The notes beneath the pieces were generated by a model, which was not told where the DNA came from, ran no database searches, and saw nothing but the letters and a program-made list of their open reading frames with translations. 64,000 bases of DNA from Leptogorgia sarmentosa. Its lineage: Eukaryota. Shown here piece after piece: positions 12,501-24,500 of the stretch (position 1 is the first letter of the stretch; each line of letters begins with the position of its first letter). Both the position numbers and the translations under genes were made by a program. Location: contig OZ210886.1 of assembly GCA_964658305.1 (NCBI GenBank), forward strand, positions 806,001-870,000. Reading direction: 5' to 3'.

Positions 12501-15500
12501 ATGTAGCATTTGTAATAGACGATGGTTGGGTGTATACTAACGACTGTTATCTCTTGTTTGAAACAGGGTGAATCTGGTCAACGTGGTGCGAAGGGTTCTC
12601 AGGGAGTGAGAGGGTCACAGGTAGTTTGTAGTCCAAGTTTCTTCAATTAATCAGTAGATATTGTTATCTGTAATCACTACTACCAGTAATAGTCTAAATC
12701 ATTTATTGCTTTCCATTTAGGGTCAAGCTGGACAAACTGGAGTTTCTGGACCACCTGGGACCCAGGTAAGTCCTCGCATTTGCTAAACAACGCTCTATGG
12801 ACGCAGGGGCCGCATAAGCTATTTAAAAGCACTAAAATTTTTTTACAGTCATGTTACTCTGCATGCATGAGTATGCGTCCACACCGGGCAGGCTGCAAAA
12901 TTAGCCTGGTCTCAGTGGGATTCGAACCCGCGACCTTTCGTTTGCTAGTCCAATGCTCTACAAACTGAGCTACGAGGTCAAGTCGGTCGAGGGTATGATA
13001 TTTCGGAACTCGCTAGTTCCTTCAATATCTGTCTTTTTAGTGCAAAGTTTCAAAGAAACTTTGCAGTATTGTGATGAGTGGCGAAAATTCACATCAGTCA
13101 TGTAGTCATGTAGTCATGTAGTCATGTAGTCATGTAGTCATGTAGTCATGTAGTCATGTAGTCATTCAGTCATTCATAGTGTAAACTCCGGGGGGAGCGT
13201 CCCAAATTCTCCTGACATGCGAAACTCCGTAGTTGACTGATATCCTTGGAATGTTTGAACAGAAATTATTCGATTGCAGTTATATATCGTTGCTCATCAT
13301 TATTTGCAGTTGTTCTCATTGATATGAAAGTTTGTTAGATGTGAAATGTGATCAAAGAAGCGCAGAAATACAGTACACAATGGCGGACGCCCCTCCGGAA
13401 TTTCAGTTTTTGCAAAAATTGCAACTCAGCACTTCTGGGGAATGAAATTACACAATATGGCGGACGCTAAGAGTCGGGCCGTGAATCAGTAATTCAGTAT
13501 GAATGTATGATGATAATATAATGTGGCCAACATGTTTGAATGCGTTATAAAGCAGTTATGAATCTAGAGATTTGAATTTATTATCATTATCAGTAGAAAA
13601 CTTGTATTTGTCATGGATAATTTAGTATAGTAACGCCGCCGTGCGTATTTATATTAAAAATTTAGTTGGCCGACATTGCGGGCAAACTAAGATGTGTAAC
13701 ACAGTAGAACTCGTCACATATTTTAGATTGGTTGATGATAGGCAACATATTTGCGAGCTTTCGCATTTATAGCTTTCGTGTTTGTTTTTTCCGTCTCCGA
13801 CTCGACAACACTGGTCGACGGCATCACTAAGCTTGGGCTGTTTGTTTGCCCGAAAATACCGGGGATTTACAGAATTTTCGATACTAAAAGAACTAAACCA
13901 CATATAGGCATAGAAAAGTAAATTTAACGTTGGCTGATACTGTGAATAAACTGGATATTTTATTAAGACGCAGAAGTAGCGTGCCACATTGTGATTTAAC
14001 TCATTTAAGATCATTTGTTCAGTACGATGTGTATATAATTTCAAAAAGGTCAGAGGTCAGAGATTTATCTGATTTGCTTTACACGCGCGCTGCTGCGATG
14101 GCAGTTGCTTCCAGACAATAAAATAGTTATTATTTTCTCGTATCACGTCAACAATGTTTCCTTAGTTCTCTTTTAAAAAATATGATTTTAATGCCTTCTA
14201 AGGCCTAGGTCAAACGTCGAACTTTTCATGTGCCGAACCTAATGTTAATGAGCCAAGTTCTTTGTTTGAGCTCATTTGCATTAGGTTCAGCGCATGAAAA
14301 GTTCGACGTTCGACCTAGACCTTAGAAACTTTGCACTATCCTTGGATCCCTAGTTCTAATAACGTATTATGTTCTTGCGGTTGTAGTACATGTGGACAGC
14401 AACCACAACATCATTGTTTTACAGTAGTTACAGTTTCCTAATTCTTAGTAACATATTATGATATATAGCTACCAGCAAAAAAAAGTGAGTGATATTTTGT
14501 CGCGCTGCGTTATTACTACTACCAGCATACTTTATGATAATCATGCACAATAAAAAATAACTACAAATACTCGCGAAGCATCCGGGTATAGTCGTAGATA
14601 GGAAGAGATCATGCTGAGTAACTCGTATACACAGTATATACTCCCAATGTACATTAGTATCATTGGTATGAGCAGTTGGGGTTGAATTGCCACGTTTAAG
14701 TTCAAGTTTAAATTTTTCTTAGGGTCCACCGGGTGCAAGTGGTGTGGAAGGTCAGCCTGGTAAGGCTGGTGACCCTGGCGAGAAGGGGGAAGTTGGGTTA
14801 GTTGGACGCCCAGGAGCCCAAGGTCGGGTTGGTGATCAAGGCTTGAAAGGCCCCAAAGGGTCCAAAGGTGAAACTGGTCTTGATGGTTTGACAGGTGTGG
14901 CTGGAGATAAAGGAGATAGGGTAAGATGTTGGAATAAAATATGGTACCATAGCTTGAAGCAAATTACCGTTATTGACGTTGACGTCTTGTCTAGTGTTAA
15001 CCATATACAATCGAATGAATGAACTGAAAGCCCCTGACGCCAGAACCGTGATAAAACTTCATTCACTGCATTCTGGAACCCTGCAACTTCATTTTAAATA
15101 AATTTCGGGAAAATATAGTTTATCGCCTTTCAGTAGTACACTTCAAAAATTAGTTATAATGCAAAACACGAATATATGAATATATAAAAATGACTACTAT
15201 TTTTTATTAGTAACATGCACCCCGTTTCTCATGAAAATTTTAATTTTTGAAATGTCTTTATGAAAATCTTTTCAGGGTGTGCTTGGAATTCCTGGTCCAA
15301 TTGGTTATCAAGGCAGCCCCGGTAATGCGGTAAGTTTTTTTTGCAAACAAGGCAAATTTGTTAAATTTTGTCCGCTGTACTGAAGTAGGTTATTTTGTAA
15401 CTTGATGTAAAGAGGTTTTTAACTAACTATAGGTTAGTTAGATAAATTCTAACCCCTATCCCATTCTTTGCCTTAAACATAGGGTCCCCCTGGTCCTCCA

Positions 15501-18500
15501 GGAACGGCAGGCTCACGCGGAGAGAGGGTGAGGTTCTTTTGCAGATGTTGTAAGAAAAGGAAGATCTTCAGTTACCCAATACACTCACACTTACATTAAG
15601 GAAACACACACACCGTAAAGATTGAGATTATCACTTGAAGTACAAACTGAGGTTATTTGGGCGCAATAATTGGGCCATCTCGTGAAATCCTAAATGTTTT
15701 GACAATTTCTAGGGTCGTAATGGACAAGCTGGTCTTCCAGGTCCTGTTGGATCAAAAGGAAATTTAGTAAGCTCAAATTTCGTTGCACGTGAATATTTTT
15801 AAACCCTCTTCTTTCTAGTTGAATGCTTTGGGATGAGGTGTGAATGTCCCCTGCCCGCAATATGTTTTAAAAGCCTTAGAATAATACATGGATTGCTGTG
15901 TACCAAGTCTGCAACGAAAATAAAAAGGTGGTCAAAAGGAAGGAACCTCGCGTATATATGCGAGTATACACACATTGAAATTCCTGCAATTGTCAATCAT
16001 CCTTAGTTTGTGAATTAATTATCGTGTTTTTTAAATTAAATCATTGAGAAATGTTCCGCGCCCTACTATTCTGCATGTCACATGTAATTTTCTTTCTAAT
16101 AGGGTTTACCTGGACCTGCAGGTGAACAGGGAGAACCTGGTATGGTTGGAAAGACTGTAAGTATCACCTCACACACATAAACATATAAGCTATATAATGC
16201 AATCCTAAACCTCATTCAAGTGTCCATGGACACTAGATTAAGTATAAAGTAATGTGGGGTATTGATAAAAAAATTTATTCTGACTGCACTCGCAACAGAG
16301 AATTACTTTTTCATTGCTGTACCAATCATCCATTTTAGACATTTAACCTGGTGAAATTTTTTTTTCTTCCCAGGGTCCAACAGGAAGGTCAGGACGACAA
16401 GGTGCATCTGGCCCAACAGGAGTAAAAGTAAGTTCAATTGCACTAATTTTCTTTTCGAAGTTTATTCGGTGTATCATGGTTGAAGTCCGTGGTTGAGTAT
16501 CGTGGTTGAAGTCCGTGGTTGAAGTACTTCAACCACGATACTCATGCGATTGATATTTGATATATATATATAAATAATATTGGTTCCAGCAACAGCAAAA
16601 GTTTTACACCTAGATAATGTACTAAATATCACCTTTATGTTACATAGTGGTAAATTATACTATTTCTCAAAATCAAATAGGGTGATCCAGGTCTTGAAGG
16701 ACCTCGAGGACGAGTTGGACCAACAGGACCCAAAGTTAGTGATCGAGTTTTTTACAATGTCTATGTTTGCATATTTACTCATGTTCAACTCAATCTGTTG
16801 CTCAATTTCCGGGAGTTTGGAATTGGTATCCCGTCTTCTAAATACAACTCAGGTGGGATAGTTTTGTTATGTGCTGTACCTGACCCGTGAAGTGGGCCAG
16901 CGAAAGTGATGGATTTCCACAGCACATGTAAATAAAACAACAAAGCACCTTGCCTGAATAATGGGAAAATTATAATAGACGATATCCCCTTATTAGTAAT
17001 TCGTAGCGCGTTGCATTATTGTTTCAGTGGTATCACTGATATTCAATGCCTCATTTATGTGCAGACCTGTGCAAGGCTCCTAGAAAGTCAAGTGTAGGAT
17101 GGCCATCAACAACATTTTTGCCAAATTATTGATTATATTCATTCAACTCTGTTATCTTGAGTATCAGCGATACCAGTAAAACCAGAATGCAACGCGCTCT
17201 GGATTACTAACAACGGGAGTCGTCTATTATAAAATATTTAAATATGTTAAATAATTGAAACAATATTGCATTATTGCCTCTATGTGTGTTCTACCGACTA
17301 CCAAGTTATCTCAATAAAAACTATTTTACATAAAAGGGTGATCAAGGACTTCGAGGACTTAAAGGACCTTCAGGACTTAAAGGAGCAAGGGTAATGCTAC
17401 TGAAACCATATTGATGTCAATTTGTGAAATATCAATTGTCTGATTTTGAGATACTAGTTTAATTGTAGTGTTTTAATATTTGAACTTCAAAAAAATCTTG
17501 ACAGCAAACGATAAATAAATACAGTTAAATATGCACAGGTTGTACGGTCCATACATTATCCACCATTGCATCAGGTGTTTTTCTTGTCTTCTCTAATTTG
17601 GCATGGTTGCTATTTTCACAGGGCAGAGATGGTAACGTTGGTCCAAACGGTCCGCGAGGTGCACGAGTAAGTATAAAAAATAAACGTGTTAATATTGTAT
17701 TCTTTTTTGTCATTTATAGATTGTTGAGTTATGACAGCTTGATAGAAGCATCTTTCGATATGCTGAATGTGATATAATTAATATTGGATTTAAATCCATT
17801 TTGCACTTGGCGAATTTGCTCGCGCAAACAGATAGTCCACTGCAAAAAGTTGGAATTATGTTTCCTACTTTTTTTTGCGACGTACTTTATCGCCAAGCAA
17901 TTACGTTGTTGAATTCTTGTTTTCGATAAGCCTTGTAGAGAACATTTAGGATCCAATCACCCTGCAATTAATTGTACTGTGTTAAGTGTAGCATTAATTG
18001 TTACAGCATGTATCAATTAAGAAGTATTTTTGTTCTAGGGTCCCCCAGGTGTTCCAGGCCAGAATGGTGTTGACGGAAAGCCTGGTAGTCAGGTAAGAGA
18101 AGAAAGACTTTAGAATTAAGTAGTATATTAAATTCAGGAGCAGGTGAGCGGCTGATACAAAGGCTTCTCTACGAATTCTGTATAACTTAACAAGTTCAAA
18201 CACCTTTAATAACGTCATATTGATTGTACTAGGGAGTTGGTGGAAATCCTGGTCCAGTTGGATCACCTGGTGTAGCTGGTCAAACTGGTCCTCAAGGTCA
18301 AGCTGGTCCCATTGGGGACAAGGGAGAACAGGTTAGATCAAAATGATTGCTTTACTTAATTTAGGTAAATAGTGACTGTGCGTCTGTGATCTGGTTTTAA
18401 CATTGAAAGCAAAACCATGATCCCGGCCTGTTTCGTGTTTAAAAGAGCTAAAATTAAAAAGAATATTATTTCAAGCGTCCGCAAGGTTATATTATGAGGG

Positions 18501-21500
18501 AGCCATAACTTAAATTTAATTAATATTGTATGTTTCAGTTCATACAAGTAATGCCAAGCACAAACATAGTTATAGAAGAGCGTAGCTAATATTAAAAGTA
18601 TAAAGTTTTTCGTTGTAAAACAATACATGCTGATGTGTGCCGACAAACTAAATCTATGTATGTTCAACTAAAATGTATCAGAGTAAGTTTCTACATAACT
18701 TAGCTGATAAGTTGATTGTAATTATATTTAATTTACCGCTAGGGTGTCGTTGGTGTTCCTGGTGAAGTTGGTCCTGATGGTCCTAAAGGAGAGCAGGTTA
18801 GTATTAACTATTTTTTGGTGTTCTCGACTCTGTGATGAACGAATAATTTTGTTTATCAGAAAATTTTGAAAGGCTGCTGTTAAGAACCTACTATATCAAT
18901 CAGACTAAGTGCTTTAGTTTTGTTTTTCGCGGTGTTTAAAAAAACGGTTTTCTGAGACTTAGTTTGTTTAGTATCATTAAAACATACAGCATGAGATGAA
19001 GTTGTTCAAGGTCTAATGTTCTGTTAATTCTGTAGGGTGACACAGGTGCTCCTGGTGAGCAAGGAAACCCTGGAAACGATGGTATCAACGTACGTTTTTT
19101 CTTTTTGTAAAAGTAATAGGAATTTTCTATTCCTTTATAGTATATGTACTGTATAAATGCTAAAAATAAATGTATTTTTTCCATTTACGTATTAAGGGAG
19201 CTGATGGAGAACCAGGTCTGCCTGGTGACGCTGGCCGTCAGGGAGCCCAGGTTCGTATTTTTCACATCTTGCTCTTGTCAGTTATTTTAACTTCATGCAC
19301 CGTAAATCCTTTGTATAAGACGTTGAAAGGTTCTTTAAATGCTGATATACAATCTACACCAATGCGTTTAATTTGTGCAATTTACCAAGAACTGCCGCTA
19401 TCTGAAGAATGAAAATACAAATTTTTCCTGACAGTCCTGCGAACTTCGATATGCTAGAACGTCAAACTATTTGTTGAGTTGCTTAGCGATGTGAGAGCTA
19501 ATTCTTATGCAGTTAATGCTACGTAAATGAGAATTGTGTTTAATTTGTATCCCGTTCTTTATTCCCTTTAGGGTGAACGTGGTGAACAAGGTATGATTGG
19601 CCTAACAGGACCACCTGGGAATAAAGTAAGTTTATCTTCATTATAGTAATCCATGTTCAACATTGGAACTTTTTACCAGTGCATTAGAGTGAAGAGTTTG
19701 TCGGATCTCTTGATTGAACGTTCAAGGGCTATAGATCTCTGTGGAATTTCTTGCATTCGTCACTCATTGCACTATTTGTGCCATGCAAATACTAGTTCCG
19801 TAAATGTTCTATTTTCCATCTTCGTTTAAATTTTACTGGTACCTAAACGACTGCAACATCTGTATTCTTCGTAGGGTTACCGGGGACAACAGGGTGAGCC
19901 AGGCAAGAGAGGAAAGCTGGTGAGTGGTGGTTGTATTTTTGTACCAATCATTTCCATTTAAATTTGGACAGATGAGAAGAAGAGATTTTTGATTTGAATG
20001 ATCTTTGATGCCATTTGCTATGGATAAACAAAATAGGTCGTAAATACATCAATCCATTCATTTCTATTAAATTCTATTTCATTATTTTACAAGGGAGCTG
20101 CAGGAGAACCTGGCGAAGACGGTGCACGCGGACATCCAGTACGAAATTTAAATTTGCTTTAATAAAACGATCACTGCTTGAATAGACTAATTATTTCAAT
20201 ATATAGTCAGTGTATAAGTGATGAAAAATGATCTCAAAATACATACCTCAACACTTGCACACTCTACTTGAGTGCTACAACAAAGTGCGGGTTTTTAAAA
20301 AGTCAAATTATCATTTACGTCGTTACTGTAACATTTGATGTACTTGGATTGTTTGTATTCATGGCACCTTGAGAGGGGAGGGGAAGGGAGGGAGAGTAAG
20401 GTAGAGTAAAGGTAGGCCTAGAATTAGTCTTCACCAGAATTGTCACCATATTTCTGTAGGGTCAACCTGGAAGACCTGGTCCAATCGGTGAAGGTGGAGC
20501 TGATGGATTACCTGTGAGTATTTCGTTTCTTATCAATATATACAGATATTGTATTACATTACCTATCAGACACACTTTTGAATTAAGGAAATTGACTAGC
20601 ACAGCTCGAAAGAGCATCGTGAATTTGGTAAAATTGTGAAGTTTGGTTTGGTTCATTATTAAGGGAATTGAAGGCCCTGCAGGAGCGCCTGGTGGAATGG
20701 GACTGCGTGGTGTTGGGGGTCTTCCTGGCGCGCCTGGTATTCCTGGTACTAATGGTGAAAAGGGTGGCAAGGTATGGTCACAATCTTTTTATAACCTATT
20801 ATTCATGTGTAATGCCCAGTGGTAATGCCTGGCAAACGTATTTTTTGTAGCGAGGTAAATATATTCATTATTATAAATAATTTGTTGTATTTCTTGATAT
20901 TCTATATAATGTGTATTGGTTATTAATGTTCATACCGGTGTTTAGGGAGATAAAGGTAATGTTGGTTTTGATGGCCAGCCTGGTCAAGATGGCCGACCTG
21001 TAAGTACCTATCGATAAACTAATTTTTTCCATTGTTTCTTGTGGTCAGTCAAACGAGGTCACAAGGGACGTGAGCTTTGCAATATTTCAAATGACCCATT
21101 AGTTCTTCACAGAAGTGCTCAAAAACATCAAAGTGAAGGAGAATAATACCATCATAATTGATAAATCTACGAAAAGAAAAAAATTGAGATGATACGATTT
21201 TTATACTTGTATTGAAATAAACCACAGTTTAAAATTCAGTGAAATTACATCATTATCTCAGGTTTGATGGATGACTGCGAACGACAATTTCTGCACGGTA
21301 AAGTCATTATAACATTTGTTACTTTAGGGAAGAAATGGTAATCCTGGTGCTCAGGGACCTATTGGTCCTCCAGGTTTAAAGGTGTGTCATAATCATTTTG
21401 CTGGTTTGATGTAGTCAACATTTTTTTCTTAACTTTTCTTACCTTTTGCTTATAGGGAAACCGAGGAGATGTCGGAAGCCGCGGTCCTCATGGCAAACCT

Positions 21501-24500
21501 GGGGAACGTGTAAGTTTAGTATCAGTAATAGGTACCAATTGCACGAACCGGACTTTGTTTTGTGCTGTTCCTGTCGTTTCAGTCATTATTATCATTGCCC
21601 TGTGTTGTTTAGGGTCCCCAAGGTAATCAAGGAGCAACAGGAGAACAGGGTGAAATTGGAGCACCAGTACGTTTCTTATTTTACTGGATTGTTTTTGAAC
21701 TCGTACATTCAGGTTGTGCATGCAGTGGAAGCATGGCTTACTAAAATGTTGAGCAAGTAAAAATTGATGAAAATGACATAATGAGTTGACGAGTCATAGG
21801 CTTGAATGATGCCTTTAAAACCACTTTATAAAGAAACATCTATTTTTATCGATGTTGTTTCGTCGTAACGCGTTTTTTTAAAGCAGTCAAGCATGATTGA
21901 TTTTCTACGGAAACAATTCTGCCTGGATGCGAAATGTTTTATTTTAAATGCGATCCCAACTATACCATATATCGGTTGGCTGTGGTTTTTTCCCATAGCA
22001 TACGCAATTTTCGTAGGTAGTCCTATTCTAAAGTAAGCAGTTAACATGCGATTTTTGATTCACAGGGACAACAAGGACCAAGCGGCGCAAAGGGTAGCCG
22101 AGGAGGAAAAGGGAGTAAGGTGAGGCGATGAAATACGTTGGTTTGATATCACACGTGTAAATAGATAAAATCACCACAATTCAGCAGTTCAAATTAGGTT
22201 CCCCCCGGTGCATAATTAGTTTTGGCAAAATTGTAGACCTGGTCTAAATTTATCCTTCCAGAAGTATAAAATAATGAGGCGTAAAATTGCAACCCGCACA
22301 TTCCCTCGCTCCCAAGGATCGACGCCCGAGTTTTGAAGGTGTGTAAAAATCGCTTTATGTTTCAGGGTGAAAGAGGTTTGAAAGGTGAAACAGGAATGGC
22401 GGGGGCTCCCGGTGGACCGGTAAGGAAATTGATGTTGTGGATTTGTTGCGAATTGATTTGTTCCGTGTCTATAGTAGACGCACCTCTTGTATAAAAACGG
22501 CATGTACGTCATACCTACTACAAATGTACGATACATCTTGATCAGTTTTGTTGTGCGAAATGATCTTTACGTGATATTGGTATTTTAGGGTGAACAAGGA
22601 GATATGGGTGATGCTGGTGATCCCGGAGCTAGTGGTATAGCTGTAAGTCCACAATTGTCTTGTTAAGGCCCTTTACCTGTCGTATCGCATGATTCAAGCT
22701 AATTCCGTGTCAGTCACACAAATTTTTGTACAACTGGCCTCTGTAAAAATACATACCGTGTTGGGTATTTTTTTTTCAGGGAGGCCCAGGTCTTCAAGGA
22801 ATTCGAGGAGAAACGGGAACAGTCGGACCTGTGGTGAGCACATATACTCAGGGATAATGAGTTTATCTGGAGTGAAAAATCGAAGGAGCTATAAAACATT
22901 AAACCAGTATTCAACTTAGTCATCTGCGCGATCAACATAGGCGGGCGATAGCCTTGAGACCGCGCAGAGCACAGAGCTTAATTGACGTCTTATCGTTCCT
23001 ACGATTTCCACCTTTCTATTTTAGTGTAATAGGGTTTATAGGCTTTACGTCATAGGAAATCAAAAAGGTTTTTCTGGGACGCCCGGTTTAACGAGAAAAC
23101 TGAAATACCAGAAAGCGTGTTGGTAAAACCTGGACGTGTTGGGCTTTTATTTTTGTAGTATGGTATAAAGACAGCGATGGATTATTATGAATTGCTTATT
23201 ATGAGGAACTTCAGCTTAGAAAATGACCGATGTTTCTGATGTACAGCCAAATTTTCGTTTTGTAGGGACCACCTGGATTACTTGGTACTGCAGGAGAAGA
23301 TGGACTACCTGGAGATAAGGCAAGATCCTGAATCAGTTTTGCAAGATCAGTTTTACGTTATAAATAACTTTGGAAATTCCTGCACTATAGGGCTATCGTG
23401 GTCAACGTGGACCCGATGGTAAGCCTGGACCACCTGGTCCTCCTGGTAATCGTGGTTTTGATGGTGTTCCTGGTCATAATGGTGAAACTGGTGAAACAGT
23501 ACGTTACCTGCATCTGAGAAGTGTGAAGCAAAGGTGGTTGATATAGTGTAGCAAATGTGATAATCTCTTTTGTTCTAGGGTGACGCTGGCCCTCCTGGTG
23601 AGAAAGGTCTTAAAGGCCAAAAGGGCTCCTTGGTTAGTATGGGACTATGAACAAACTATGAAACGCGCAATGGAATTGAACTCACTTTCAACACACTGTC
23701 TTCCTAGGGACTTCCAGGACAACAGGGACCACCAGGAGCACCGGGAAAAGCTGGACCGAAGGTACATTTTGAATATTTTTTGTTAATGATTTGTTACATG
23801 ATAAGCATTTTGACTAATTGTGTGATTGGTCAATTTGAGGTCCGGATCGATTTTGCCTTAATGACTTCTCCTGCCGTCGTGGGGCATTGCGATATTTTTA
23901 ATGCCCTGAAAACAAAACAGAAAAAATCCGACTGGACTTTTTTAACAGAGATGTAAATTGCTGTATTTCACTGTATCTCAGACCTCGCGGATAATAAGTA
24001 TTATTACTGTCGAAGTAGAATCAAAAACCTCTGCCCTGGCCTTACCACGTGTAGTTTTAACTTTAGTTTGTGAAGAATTATTAAAAATATTGCTCGTGCA
24101 GACTTAGTTGTAAGCTACAGTGAGTTGGGTTTCACCTCAAGTGACATTTATCATAATCGTCAATTTGATTCATGATCAATAACTATAGGGAGCAGTCGGT
24201 GATAGCGGAGAGGCTGGAAGAACTGGAGAGCAAGGGGATAGGGTACGTTGTTCTTCACGTGATTTGTTATGCTCTTTGCATATGCGCATCTTCATATAGT
24301 CTGTATGAAAACTCATATTTGGAATACAGGAAAATAGATCTGTTGACCAAAATTGTCATCATTCTCCTAAATTAATGGCCGATACTAAATGACCTTCATG
24401 ACAAGTAATAGTGTAAAAGGCGCGCACAAATTTACGTACCCATGAATTTGGTCACGTGAAACTCCCCTTTCTCCAACAACAAAAAACGAGCGTTTTAACC

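Larger units (their letters stand above)
13038..14353 (+). mobile_element. Helentron/DINE-1-like non-autonomous element (HINE)
   Basis: T-rich 5' flank; subTIR tagtgcaaagtttc (13038-13051) with an adjacent partial inverted copy (13055-13065); a microsatellite; 3' subTIR gaaactttgcacta (14325-14338); then a small atcc-tt-ggat hairpin and CTAG followed by TT. Confidence 0.7.

Noticed and set aside
12907..12979. Functional tRNA-Ala(AGC) gene
   Set aside because: The acceptor and anticodon stems have several mismatches and the sequence continues into a repeat-like body.
13096..13175. Regular short repeats as a possible CRISPR array
   Set aside because: It is a pure 8-bp microsatellite with no spacers, in a eukaryotic context, inside a Helentron-like element.
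14798..22938. Minus-strand Pro/Gly-rich ORFs (e.g. 14836-15066, 20462-20770)
   Set aside because: They are antisense shadows of collagen Gly-X-Y exons.
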